A DNA stretch of 64,000 nt from an uncultured bacterium (GTDB lineage: Bacteria > Oederibacteriota > Oederibacteriia > Oederibacteriales > Oederibacteriaceae). Position numbers and translations under genes: made by a program. The DNA lies in NCBI GenBank assembly GCA_965112635.1, contig OZ218778.1, positions 2,528,001 to 2,592,000 of the forward strand. The letters are read 5' to 3'. The notes under the pieces are model-generated. The model was not told the DNA's origin. It made no database searches and worked only from the letters and a program-made list of their open reading frames with translations. Positions 51,811 to 62,132 of this stretch are shown in pieces (the stretch's first letter is position 1; each line of letters opens with the position of its first letter).

Positions 51811-53806
51811 TCACGGCTCCTGGCTCAGCGCTTTCAAAGCTTCGGGGGTGCCGATGGACTTGAGCGCATATTCCGCGCCCTGGCGGACCGCCCTGTTGCT
51901 GTCCTTCAAACCCTCGCTCAAACCCGGTATGGCCTTCGGACCGATCTTGATCATGGCCTGCACCGCCCCCTTGTAAACACCCTGCGAGTCCGCCTCTTGC
52001 ATGGCCCTCGCCAGATTGTAGCCCGCCTCTTCGTTGGCGGGGTTTGAGCCCGAGGAAAAATCGCTCATGGCAATATCCCGCGCTTCGTCCTGGTCCTGCT
52101 TGAGGGACCACAGCAGGGCCGGGACCGCCGGAGCCGCGCTAGAACCCATCCGGCCTATTTCCACCGTGGCCCAATAACGGACAAAATGGTCGCCATCCCC
52201 CAACAGCTGGGCCATTTTAGGCAGCATCCCCGGTGCGGGGGGCCCGACTTTTTCCAGCCCGTCGAAGGCCATGCTCCGCAGTTCCTTATCGTTGTCCTTC
52301 AAGAGCTCCATCATCTGGGGGATCATCTCTTTGGACTGGAACCCCGCCTCCACGATATCCTTGGCGCAGATCCGGCGCAGGCCCAGGTCTTCTGTTTTGA
52401 GATAATTGACCAGGGCCGGGACCGCCGCGGGTTTGGGCGCTCCGATGTTCTCCAAGGCTTCTATCAAGCATTTACGGATGCCTCCATCCTGGTAATCTTT
52501 GTAATAGTCCTGGAAGCTGGCGAAATGATTCTTAGGCCCGAAAGTTATGAGCGAACCGACATCAGGCCCCGTCTCTTTGTCTATGCCCTGCGGGTTGCGG
52601 GAAAGCAGGTCCAGCAGGTCGGGGACCGCGTCCGCGGCAACCTCATCCAGGTTGCCCAGCTCGATCACCGTGAAATACTGGACAAACCCGTCCGGGTCCT
52701 TGAGGTCCTGAATGAGATCAGGGACCGTTTTGGCCGAAGGGGCGCCGATGATCCTGAGGGAATCGAACGCCTTGGTCCGCACTTCTCGGTCCGGGTCTTT
52801 GAGGGCCTGGACCAGGCAGGGCACGGCATCCGCGGCGCCTGTGTTCATTTTGAGCAGGATAGTCACGCTGCTTTCCCGGATCTCGTCGTCCTGGTTCTTG
52901 AGCACCCCGCAGAAAAAGGCGGCCATACCGGGGTCCACATGGCCGATCTTACGCAGGGCCATCAAAATGCTTTTGCACGCGTTTTTATCCGGCTCGCTCT
53001 TCAAAGCCTGCATGAGCTCCGGCACGGCGTCCTTGGCGTCCTCGCCCATCAGCCCCAGCAGGTCCGCCGCCCGGCCCCGGATGGTCATGTGCTGGGCGTC
53101 ATGGAGCATTTTGATAAGGTTCGTTTTGGATTCTTTGGGGACGACGCCAATGGCAAAAACGGCGTCCATGGTCTGCCATCCTGACCTCAGGAACAGCGTC
53201 CTGGAATGTCCAGCTCAATTGGGTCAGAACATCTGCGGTGTTCGCGCCCCTCTGCCCCAAAGCCTGGGCGGTCATCTGCCGTACCTGAGGGTCTTTATCC
53301 AGTAAAAGCTGGGCCAGGTCGTTCAAGTGGTCGCCGATGTCCAGGTAGGGCTTGGAAAAAGCGTAGGCCGCGCGGAATCTGACCGTGGGGCTCTTGTCCA
53401 AAAAGGCTTGGACCAGGTCCGGGACCGCGGGCTTGCCGATCTCAGCCAAAGCCTCGCTGGCAACAAAATCATCCTTGTTCTTTTCATCCTTCAAAAGGGC
53501 CATGACGATGGGGACCGCTTCTTGGCCTATCACGGCCAGGGCTTTTTTGGCGTAATAGCTCTGCATGGTGTCCTGGCCTTTTAAGATCTCCACCATGGCA
53601 GCGGCCTGTTTTTGCTGCAGGTCGGGATAGATCTTGGCCACTTCTTTTAAAGCATCCGCCCGCACCCGGTCGTCAGGAGAGATAAGCCTTTTTTCCAGGG
53701 GCTCTTCCGGGACCTTGAGGCTGAAAATGGTGGCGGGACACAGGCAAAGGAATGCTATTAAAAATAAATTCAGGGCCAAAAACCTGTTCTTAGGTTCCTT
53801 CATCAT
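51811..53806 (-). pseudogene. Exported HEAT-repeat protein split by a +1 frameshift at about 53180 (pseudogene or sequencing error)
   Basis: ORFs 53099-53806 and 51811-53169 are both HEAT-repeat proteins. Deleting one base in GTC AGG ATG GCA GAC CAT restores DAVPEVRWQTMDAVFAIG and a single 664-aa ORF. Confidence 0.7.
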
Positions 53807-53812
53807 TGTTTC

Positions 53813-54739
53813 TTATTTCTCCTGAGGTTTGGCGTTCAAAGAGGCGTACTCCACGGCTTTTTTGAGGAGAATCGCCACGGTGACCGGCCCAACCCCGCCG
53901 GGCACCGGCGAAATGAAACCGCAGCGCTCTTTGGCTTTTTCGAAATCAACGTCGCCCACGGTCATCATTTTCGGCTTTCCCTGTTCGTTCATCACGGGTT
54001 TGCCGTCCTTATCGACGACCGCGATGCGGTTGGTCCCGACATCGATGACCACGGACCCCCGTTTGACCAGGTCTCCACTGACCATACGAGGTCTTCCCAC
54101 GGCCGCGACCAGGATATCGGCCCGCCGGATGTGGTCGGCCAGGTTGGCCGTGCCTGAATGGCACACCGTCACCGTGGGAGAATTGGAGGAAGGCAAAGAA
54201 CGGAGCATCAGCATGGCCAGGGGCATTCCCACGATCTCGCTGCGGCCGATAATGACCGCTTCCTTGCCTTTAAGAGGCACCCCGGTTTCGAGGATCAGGG
54301 TCAAAGCAGCCAGGGCCGTGCAGGGAGCGCAGATCTGTGTTCCGTACACGATAGACCCCATATTAGCCGGGTGCACACCCTCAACATCCTTAAGCGGCAA
54401 TATCAGGGACTGGAGAATGTTTTGGGGCAGCTGGCTGGGCAACGGGGTCTGCAAGATGATGCCGGTCACCTGGGCGTCCGCGTTGGACTCCCCCAAGGCG
54501 GCCACGACCTGGTCGACCGTGGAGGCCAGGCCAAGCTGTTTTATCTCATACGGGATGCCGATCTCTTGGAATGCCTTGGCTTGCTGTCTGACGTAAAGGC
54601 TAGAAGAAGGGTCTTCTCCAACCTGGATGGCCTGGACCTTGAGGGGCAAACCTTTGTCCTGCAATTCTTTTATGGCTGGTTTTAAACTTTCCTTTATTTT
54701 GCCTGCTACCGCCGTGCCGTCCAAAATGCTCACCGCCAT
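53813..54739 (-). CDS. folD: Methylenetetrahydrofolate dehydrogenase/cyclohydrolase
   Basis: KDVEG.HP.N, PCT, GRSEIVG.P, VIDVG.NR, GDVDF and SPVPGGVGPVT. Confidence 0.95.
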   Translation of the reverse strand: MAVSILDGTAVAGKIKESLKPAIKELQDKGLPLKVQAIQVGEDPSSSLYVRQQAKAFQEIGIPYEIKQLGLASTVDQVVAALGESNADAQVTGIILQTPLPSQLPQNILQSLILPLKDVEGVHPANMGSIVYGTQICAPCTALAALTLILETGVPLKGKEAVIIGRSEIVGMPLAMLMLRSLPSSNSPTVTVCHSGTANLADHIRRADILVAAVGRPRMVSGDLVKRGSVVIDVGTNRIAVVDKDGKPVMNEQGKPKMMTVGDVDFEKAKERCGFISPVPGGVGPVTVAILLKKAVEYASLNAKPQEK

Positions 54740-54888
54740 CCCATCCCCTCTCTAAACCATCGGAATATTCTGATAATATCATAGTATTTCCAAACTTCCA
54801 CGCCTCGGCCCCGGAAAGCCCGCGCAACATAACGGGCTTGTTTTGGCTCCACTCCAAGGTGTTCTGGCCGCAGTATTAATAGGCTGGT

Positions 54889-57177
54889 TTAAAAGTTAAG
54901 ATTACCCTTCCATACTCCGCCCCCGAAGGTGGCAATGTAGATCTTCGTGGGGTCCTGGGGGTCAAAGGTCACCTGCTGGGGGCAGGCAAAGGGCACTCCG
55001 GTCAGTTCTTCCCAATGGGCCCCTCCGTCCTTGGACCACATCATGCCCTGGCCGTCGCTACCCATAAAGAGCGTATCAGGTTTATCAGGGTCAAGCGTAA
55101 TAGTATGGGCCTGCAGGTAGGGCGAATATTTCATATCTTCGTCTTTGAGCATCCTGGTCCAGGTCTTGCCACCATCAACGGTTTTGTAAACTCCGCCCTG
55201 GGATGCTTTGGGCCCTGTGGCAGCGCTCAGGTAGATCATCTTGGAGTCCCGCGGGTCAACAGCCACCCCAGTGGGCCAGACCAGAGGGTTGCTGGCCGTG
55301 ATATATTCCCAGCTGTCCCCGCTATCCTGCGAACGGTAAAGACCGCTGCCCGGATAGGCGAAGAAATCCCCGCCTTTGCGCTTGGCCGTGACCACGCAGA
55401 AAAGGCTGTGGTCAGACCCCATCGTGACGGCCAGGCAGTGCATATTCTGCGGATTAGCCAGGCCGTCCGATTTTTTCACCCAGTTTTCACCGCCGTCCGT
55501 GCTCTTGTAAACCCCTTCGTTATAGACCACCGCGTAAAGCGTCCGGCTGTCCACAGGGCTCTGTTTGTCCAGGCACAGGGACTTGACCGGTGCGTCAGGC
55601 AGGCCGTTGGATTTGACCACCCAGGTCGCTCCGTGGTCTGTTGATTTACACACCCCTCCTTTGCCGACCCATCCATCCCCTACACCGGTCCAGTGCGGGA
55701 GGTCGTGCTGGGAAGAAAAGCCGGCCCAAACCACGCCCTGCTGCTGGGGGTCGCAGATCAGGTCATAGGTGGTGTTGTGCCACTCATCCGGCACGCCTTC
55801 CATATTATGCTTCCAGCTTTGTCCTCCGTCGCTGCTGGCTGCCATGCCGATGTCCGTGTAGCAGATAAAAGTCCTGTTAGGGTCAAAAGGATCAACCACA
55901 TATTTCCAGGTCGTGGTGTCCTCGGCGCCGATGGAGGTCCAGGTGCTGTCCTTGTCCGGAGGTTTGTTCCCGCTCACCTGCCTGGTGTAGACCTGGTGCC
56001 AGGTTTTGCCCCCGTCGTTGGTGAGCACCAGGGCCATCCCGGTCGCATACACGGCAATATCCGCGTCGTTGCGGCACACGCTCAGGTCGCCGTCACCATC
56101 ATTGGCATCCGCGGCGTAATACAGGCTAGTCGGCATCCAGCCATTCTCCAGATTGCAATCATTGTGCCTAGGGTCGTAATAAAGGGTCGCGGCCCAGTGC
56201 TGGCCGCCGTCGACCGTGCGGTAAATGGTACGGTGCTTGGGCGGCCAGTATCCCGTGCCCGCGGCGCTGACATAAACCGTCTCCGGGTCGTTTTCCGCCA
56301 AAGCCAACCGGCCGTACTGCGCGATATCGCCGTCGCCGTACCCGTCCACTTTGCCCAGGCTGGTATTCATGCCCTCACCCATGTCGGTTTGCCAGGAATC
56401 CGCGCGGTCTTGAGACCGGTAAACTCCTCCTTTAAAAGCGCCTGCCTCCTTCTTGGAGGTTATGGTGCAATAAAAGACCGTCTTGCCGGTTTTGGCCTCC
56501 ATAGCCCCGCCAAAGCCTTTTAGCTCCAACCACGCTAATCCCTTGTTCTTTTCCTGCCAAATTTTACCGTTATCGTCCGAACGGAATATCCCGCTAGCCG
56601 TGCAGACATAAGCCGATTTCTTGTCCATGAAAAAACCAATGGCCGGTCCCTTTCCTTCCAGGCATTGGGTCCAGGTCTGGCCCTCGTCAGCGCTCATCCA
56701 TATCCGCGGAGTTGCCCCGGAATACCGCGCCTCGGTCCCGGCCAGAATGGCCACTTTTTCCTTACCGCCGGTATAAAGGCAGGTCACAAAATCTCCCCCC
56801 CAGGGAGTAGCGGCCCCCAGCATTTCCCAGGTTTTACCCCGGTCATGGGACACTTTGACGCCGCCCTCTTTGTTGGCGCTGGCCGAGTAAATGGTATTGG
56901 GGTCAGTCGGATGATAAGCTTCTCCGCCGGTCTGCAGGCATCCGGAAAGCGACCTAAAATCCAGCATGGTCCACTTTTTAGCCCCATCCTCCGAGCAATA
57001 GACGCCGCTCATATCCGAATGAACCATCATCAGTTGGTGGTCAAAGGGAGAAATGGACGGCTTTAAATAAGTGCCGCCTCCGCCTATGCCCACTATGGTA
57101 AAGCTATTGTCCTTATCCCCGGCATAAACCAAACTCGACAAAGAAATAAGCACACACAGCCAAAATATTTTTTTCAT
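54889..57177 (-). CDS. Secreted BNR/Asp-box repeat GH74-like glycosidase (no Thr linker or CTD)
   Basis: Signal peptide; GIGGGG..PSISP, SDMSG, YTDIG and QHDLP; many SxDGGxxW boxes; homologous to 36879-40157. Confidence 0.8.
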   Translation of the reverse strand: MKKIFWLCVLISLSSLVYAGDKDNSFTIVGIGGGGTYLKPSISPFDHQLMMVHSDMSGVYCSEDGAKKWTMLDFRSLSGCLQTGGEAYHPTDPNTIYSASANKEGGVKVSHDRGKTWEMLGAATPWGGDFVTCLYTGGKEKVAILAGTEARYSGATPRIWMSADEGQTWTQCLEGKGPAIGFFMDKKSAYVCTASGIFRSDDNGKIWQEKNKGLAWLELKGFGGAMEAKTGKTVFYCTITSKKEAGAFKGGVYRSQDRADSWQTDMGEGMNTSLGKVDGYGDGDIAQYGRLALAENDPETVYVSAAGTGYWPPKHRTIYRTVDGGQHWAATLYYDPRHNDCNLENGWMPTSLYYAADANDGDGDLSVCRNDADIAVYATGMALVLTNDGGKTWHQVYTRQVSGNKPPDKDSTWTSIGAEDTTTWKYVVDPFDPNRTFICYTDIGMAASSDGGQSWKHNMEGVPDEWHNTTYDLICDPQQQGVVWAGFSSQHDLPHWTGVGDGWVGKGGVCKSTDHGATWVVKSNGLPDAPVKSLCLDKQSPVDSRTLYAVVYNEGVYKSTDGGENWVKKSDGLANPQNMHCLAVTMGSDHSLFCVVTAKRKGGDFFAYPGSGLYRSQDSGDSWEYITASNPLVWPTGVAVDPRDSKMIYLSAATGPKASQGGVYKTVDGGKTWTRMLKDEDMKYSPYLQAHTITLDPDKPDTLFMGSDGQGMMWSKDGGAHWEELTGVPFACPQQVTFDPQDPTKIYIATFGGGVWKGNLNF

Positions 57178-57298
57178 AAGACCTCCTTGTAAAGATGACC
57201 TAAGTACCCGTAAGTTTACCCCTTTAAAAGTTCATTGCAAAGTAATGGGACACAATGCTTGGGGCTGTCTTTTTTGTTATAATCCACTTTAAAAAGGG

Positions 57299-58117
57299 GT
57301 GGCCATGAAACAATACCGTATCAAAAACAGCAAACGGACCAAATTTCTGGAAAAGAAAAAACCCGTGGCCAGGATAGAGCCAGCCTCGCTGGTGACTATG
57401 AAAATATCCTGCTGTACTGACGGCTATTCCCTGGCCGGTCCCATCTATGTCCATGGCGCCAAAAAAGGCAGCTCCCTGAAGATCACGGTCAAGGACATCA
57501 GGGTGGAACGCCAGGGAAGCTGCTGCGGTCTGTGCATCCCGGTAAGGAGCAACAAAGCTATTTTGGATAAGCACATCGCCATCGGCCTAAAACCCAATAT
57601 AGGGGTGCTGGGCGTGATTCCCGCTAAAGGCAAGGCCTTGGCCACCACTCCCGGCAATTACGGCGGCAATATGGACGCCAACGATGTGCAAAAAGGCTCT
57701 GTGGTTTACTTACCCGTATGGGTGGACGGAGCCTACCTGTATGTTGGAGACACGCACGGTGTGATCGGCGATGGCGAAGTCTGGGGGCAGGGTTTGGAAA
57801 TAGGCGCGGAAGTGGTTTTGCTCATTGAAATAGAAGACAGGCCCTGGTTTGACGAACCCTACGCCATCAAGGACGGGAACCTTTCCATCATGACCTCGGG
57901 CGGGTATGCTGACGGCATTAACACGGGCCTCGACAAAATGACGGAGTTTTTGCAGAAGCGCACGACATTATCTCCCAATCAGGCCAAAGCCCTGATGAGC
58001 ATGGCCGGCACCCTCGGGATTTGCCAGGACGTGTGCCCGGCCAAGACCTTCAGGTTCAGCGTCCCCATGAAATATTTAAGGAAGGTCTTGCTCCCGCCCC
58101 GCCCCAAAAGGAAGTAA
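57299..58117 (+). CDS. Acetamidase/formamidase family protein
   Basis: GPIYVHGA..G..L.I, PGNYGGNMD, V.LPVWVDGA.LYVGDTHGVIGDGEV.GQGLE. The start may be ATG 57305. Confidence 0.88.
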   Translation: MAMKQYRIKNSKRTKFLEKKKPVARIEPASLVTMKISCCTDGYSLAGPIYVHGAKKGSSLKITVKDIRVERQGSCCGLCIPVRSNKAILDKHIAIGLKPNIGVLGVIPAKGKALATTPGNYGGNMDANDVQKGSVVYLPVWVDGAYLYVGDTHGVIGDGEVWGQGLEIGAEVVLLIEIEDRPWFDEPYAIKDGNLSIMTSGGYADGINTGLDKMTEFLQKRTTLSPNQAKALMSMAGTLGICQDVCPAKTFRFSVPMKYLRKVLLPPRPKRK

Positions 58118-58166
58118 AAAGGGATAAGTCCAAGGCGATTCCAGCTCAAAGAATACAAGGTTCAAC

Positions 58167-58451
58167 CTACTTTTTATATTGCCCCGTTCCCAGCCAGAGG
58201 CGGCACAAAAAGATGGCCAGCAACCAAGTTCCCAGATCAGCCAGGACAATGGCCAACAGGACCAGGCCGTCCCATGCCGCGAACCATTGGGGGTAGGCAA
58301 GCCGGACAGCCCCATAAAATAAAAAGGTAGCGACCAAAGGGACTCCGGAACGCCTGTTATTGTATTTAAACTGGCGGTAAACCAATTGGATATTTTTGAA
58401 TATCAAGGCCAGAGCGGCCAGGCCAAGGATGTTTCCGACTATGAACATCAT
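58167..58451 (-). CDS. Small hypothetical membrane protein
   Basis: Three hydrophobic segments; SD GGAGG; downstream of argH. Confidence 0.55.
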   Translation of the reverse strand: MMFIVGNILGLAALALIFKNIQLVYRQFKYNNRRSGVPLVATFLFYGAVRLAYPQWFAAWDGLVLLAIVLADLGTWLLAIFLCRLWLGTGQYKK

Positions 58452-58545
58452 GGTTCATTCCTCCAGCAACAGGATCATCCCTCATTATCTTGGGCTGTGT
58501 GCCCCGGAGATGGAAACGACCTGAACATGCTCAAGCAGGTGTGGG

Positions 58546-59925
58546 CTAAAAAGCTTTTAGCCTTTTCCAGACTTCAGCAAGGGCTTTTTTGACGGAGGCC
58601 GGGGCCGTGCCGCCAAGGGAGACTTTATTATGGATGGACGCGGAAAGGCTGACCTTATCCATCACGTCGTCCCCGAACAAAGGCGAATAGGCCTTCCACT
58701 CAGTGATGGTCAGGTCGGAAAAAGTCATCTTGCTTTTGAGACAGTCCTTGACGATTTTTCCGGTCAGCTCATGGGCTTCCCGAAAAGGCATTCCCTTTTT
58801 GACCAGGTAATCCGCCGCATCCACAGCCAGGATATATCCCTGATCGCAGGCAGCGGCCATTTTGTCGCTGTTGACCTTCATGGTCTTGAGCATCAGGCCG
58901 AACAAGGGCAGGCCGTTCTCCAGGGTGTCGCAGGCGTCAAATAGCGCTTCTTTATCCTCCTGCAAGTCCTTGTTGTAAGCCAGGGGCAGGGCCTTGAGCA
59001 CGGTCAAAAGAGACATCAAGTGCCCGTAAACCCGGCCGGTTTTAGCCCGCAAAAGCTCCGCCAGATCAGGGTTCTTTTTTTGCGGCAGCATGCTGGACCC
59101 GGTCGTCAAACTGTCGTCCAGCTCGATGAACTGGAAAGCCGGGTTGGACCACAAAATAAGCTCTTCGCACAACCGCGAGCAATGAGCCATGAGCAGGGAC
59201 GCGTCAGCCAAAAACTCCACCACAAAATCCCGGTCAGAGACCGCGTCCAGGGAATTGGCCGTGACCTTGGGGAAACCCAAAAGCTTGGCCGTAAAGTTCC
59301 GGTCGAGCTTATAGCCCACTCCGGCCAATGCTCCGGAACCCAAGGGCATGACATTGACCCGCTTGAGGCTGTCGGAGAGCCGTTCCTTGTCCCGCTCCAG
59401 CATCTCAAAATAAGCCAGCAAGTGGTGGCTGAAAAGCACGGGCTGGGCAGGCTGGAGATGGGTCATGCCCGGCATGACCGCCTGTAAATTTTTTTGGCCG
59501 AGGCCAACCAGGACCATCTGGACATTCTTGACCTTGGTGATGATGGAAAGGATCTTGTCCCGCAAATAAAGCCGCAGGTCCAAGGCGACCTGGTCGTTCC
59601 GGCTACGGGCCGTATGGAGCTTGGCTCCGGCTTTGCCTATTTTTTGGATGAGCTTTTTCTCTATAGCCAGATGCACATCCTCATCCTGCACCTGAAAAAC
59701 AAATTTCCCCGCCTTGACCTCTTGGAGGATTTGCAAGAGGCCCTTGGTGATCTTTTTGGCTTCTGCAGGCGTGACGACTTTGGCCTTAGCCAGGGTCTGG
59801 ACGTGGGCTAAACTGCCTTTGATGTCGTAAACAGCCAGCCTTTGGTCAAAGGCAATGCTGGCCATAAAAGGCTCTGCCGCTGGGGCGAGCCCCTTGCTGA
59901 ACCGTCCTCCCCAAAGTTTTTTCAT
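58546..59925 (-). CDS. argH: Argininosuccinate lyase
   Basis: KLWGGRF, HTARSRNDQV, TTGSSMLPQKKNPD and YNKDLQEDKE. Confidence 0.97.
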   Translation of the reverse strand: MKKLWGGRFSKGLAPAAEPFMASIAFDQRLAVYDIKGSLAHVQTLAKAKVVTPAEAKKITKGLLQILQEVKAGKFVFQVQDEDVHLAIEKKLIQKIGKAGAKLHTARSRNDQVALDLRLYLRDKILSIITKVKNVQMVLVGLGQKNLQAVMPGMTHLQPAQPVLFSHHLLAYFEMLERDKERLSDSLKRVNVMPLGSGALAGVGYKLDRNFTAKLLGFPKVTANSLDAVSDRDFVVEFLADASLLMAHCSRLCEELILWSNPAFQFIELDDSLTTGSSMLPQKKNPDLAELLRAKTGRVYGHLMSLLTVLKALPLAYNKDLQEDKEALFDACDTLENGLPLFGLMLKTMKVNSDKMAAACDQGYILAVDAADYLVKKGMPFREAHELTGKIVKDCLKSKMTFSDLTITEWKAYSPLFGDDVMDKVSLSASIHNKVSLGGTAPASVKKALAEVWKRLKAF

Positions 59926-59928
59926 TTT

Positions 59929-61146
59929 TTACTTCCCCTTTTTCAGCGGACTGCTGGCAGCCGGCTTTAAAGTCACCGGCAAACCGAACAGTTTGATGAA
60001 CCCGAACGAATCCTTTTGGTCATAAACAGAGTCAGCCCCAAAAGTGGCCAGATCAGCGTGGTACAGCGCCTCACTGGATTTCCGGCCCAGGATGTTGACC
60101 AGCCCCCTGCACAGCTCGACCTTGATGTCGCCGGTCACGGTCTTTTGGGTGCTGTTGACCCACGCGTCCAAAGCCTCTCTTAGTTTGGTGAACCACTGGC
60201 CGTAATAGACCATCTCCGCGTATTTTAGCGCTATCAGTTCCTTGTATCTTTGGGTCTCCCTGTCCAGGGTGATGGACTCCAGCTCTTTGTGGCACGCCAA
60301 GAGCACTGTGCCGGCCGGGGTCTCGTAAACTCCCCGGGATTTCATGCCCACCAGTCTGTTTTCCACGATGTCGGTCCGGCCTACCCCGTGTTTTCCCGCT
60401 ATTTTATTGAGGGTCTGGATAAGCTGGACGCCCGGCATTTTCCGGTTGTTCAGGGAAACCGGGATGCCCTTATTAAAGCCAATGGTCAGCACCTGCCCCT
60501 TTTGAGGCGCTTTTTTAGGGTCAACGGTCAGCTTAAACATATCCGCTAGAGGCGGATTCCACAAATCCTCCAAAACACCGCCTTCGTAGCTGATATGCCA
60601 CAGGTTCTGGTCCATGCTGTAGGGCTTCTTTTTGGTCACCGGGACCGGGATGCCATGGCTGGCCGCGTAGTCTATCTCATCCTCCCGCGATTTCAGGTCC
60701 CATTCCCGCCACGGCGCAATGATCCGGATATGCGGGTCAAAATGCCTGAAGGTCAGCTCGAACCGTACCTGGTCATTGCCCTTGCCCGTGCAGCCGTGCG
60801 ACACCGCGTCGGCCTTAACCTTTTTGGCCACCAGCATCTGGTGCTTGGCAATAAGCGGCCGGGCTATGGAGGTACCTAAAAGATACTTGCCCTCATACAC
60901 GGCATCCGCCTTGAGCATGGGCCACAGATACTCATGGACGAACTCATTTCTGAGGTCCTTGACCACGACCTGGGACGCCCCGGACTTTTTGGCTTTTTTG
61001 GCCACCGCGCTGTAATCATCGCCCTGCCCGACATCGGCCACAAAAGCCACGACCTCACAGCCGTAGTTCTCCTTGAGCCAGGGAATGATGATGGAGGTAT
61101 CCAGACCTCCCGAATAAGCTAAGACAACTTTTTTGACTTGTTCCAT
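59929..61146 (-). CDS. argG: Argininosuccinate synthase
   Basis: AYSGGLDTS, HGCTGKGNDQVRFE and ENRLVGMKSRGVYETP. Confidence 0.97.
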   Translation of the reverse strand: MEQVKKVVLAYSGGLDTSIIIPWLKENYGCEVVAFVADVGQGDDYSAVAKKAKKSGASQVVVKDLRNEFVHEYLWPMLKADAVYEGKYLLGTSIARPLIAKHQMLVAKKVKADAVSHGCTGKGNDQVRFELTFRHFDPHIRIIAPWREWDLKSREDEIDYAASHGIPVPVTKKKPYSMDQNLWHISYEGGVLEDLWNPPLADMFKLTVDPKKAPQKGQVLTIGFNKGIPVSLNNRKMPGVQLIQTLNKIAGKHGVGRTDIVENRLVGMKSRGVYETPAGTVLLACHKELESITLDRETQRYKELIALKYAEMVYYGQWFTKLREALDAWVNSTQKTVTGDIKVELCRGLVNILGRKSSEALYHADLATFGADSVYDQKDSFGFIKLFGLPVTLKPAASSPLKKGK

Positions 61147-61158
61147 GATTAGCCCTCT

Positions 61159-62103
61159 CTATCTCTTTTTTGCCATGAGCAAAACCATCACGGCTTTTTG
61201 CACATGCAGCCTGTTCTCGGCTTCGTCCCAAACCACTGAATGCTTGCCGTCCAGGACCGAAGAAGTGATCTCCTGTCCCCGGTGCGCCGGCAGGCAATGC
61301 ATGACCAGGCAGTCGGACTTGGCCTTTTTGACCAGCTGGTCATTGACCTGGAACCCGTCGAAATCCCTGACCCGCGCCTGTTCCTCGGCTTCCTGGCCCA
61401 TGCTGGTCCAAGTGTCCGTAATAATAACATCGCATCCCTTGACCGCTTCGCTGGCGTGATGACCGGCCTTGAGAACGGCTTTGCTCTTTAACGCGGCTTT
61501 GAGGGCCTTTTTCCAAACCTCATCCGGGCATTCATAACCCTCAGGGCAGGCCAGGGTGAAGCTAAAGCCCATTTTGGCCGCCAATTGCGCCCAGGAGTTA
61601 GCCACATTGTTGCCGTCCCCCACAAAGCACACTTTTAATTTTGAGATCGACTGCTTTTTTTCCATGATGGTCAGCAGGTCGGCCAGCACCTGGCAGGGAT
61701 GCTCCAGGTCGGTCAAACCATTAATAACCGGGACCGTGGCATGAGCGGCCAGGTTCACCACGTCCTGCTGGTCAAAGGTCCTGATGACGATGGCATCCAC
61801 GAACCTCGACAGCACCCGGGCCGTGTCCTGCACGGTCTCTCCCCGTCCCAGCTGCGTCTCCGCGTTGGTCAGAAAAAGGGCATGGCCTCCCAGCTGGTCC
61901 ATCCCCACTTCAAAGGACACCCGGGTCCGGGTGGACGGCTTTTGGAAGATCATGGCCAGGTTCTTGCCCTGCAGGGGCTGAAACTTCACCCCTTTTTTCA
62001 GCTTCCGCTTGATCTCCCGGGCGATCTTCATGATGAGCAGGATGTCCTCCTTGCTCAGGTCAGCCAAAGAGATCATATGTTTGTGCTTAAATTTGTTCTT
62101 CAT
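61159..62103 (-). CDS. argF: Ornithine carbamoyltransferase
   Basis: STRTRVSFE, HPCQ, TDTWTSMGQE, HCLPAHRG and EAENRLH. Confidence 0.97.
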   Translation of the reverse strand: MKNKFKHKHMISLADLSKEDILLIMKIAREIKRKLKKGVKFQPLQGKNLAMIFQKPSTRTRVSFEVGMDQLGGHALFLTNAETQLGRGETVQDTARVLSRFVDAIVIRTFDQQDVVNLAAHATVPVINGLTDLEHPCQVLADLLTIMEKKQSISKLKVCFVGDGNNVANSWAQLAAKMGFSFTLACPEGYECPDEVWKKALKAALKSKAVLKAGHHASEAVKGCDVIITDTWTSMGQEAEEQARVRDFDGFQVNDQLVKKAKSDCLVMHCLPAHRGQEITSSVLDGKHSVVWDEAENRLHVQKAVMVLLMAKKR

Positions 62104-62132
62104 AATTCCCTCTTTCTATCTCCTCAATCAGA

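Noticed and set aside
54740-54888. Possible ZTP or THF riboswitch upstream of folD
   Set aside because: Only a simple hairpin (AAGCCCG...CGGGCTT) is visible and I could not find the conserved aptamer motifs by eye. An Rfam scan would settle it.
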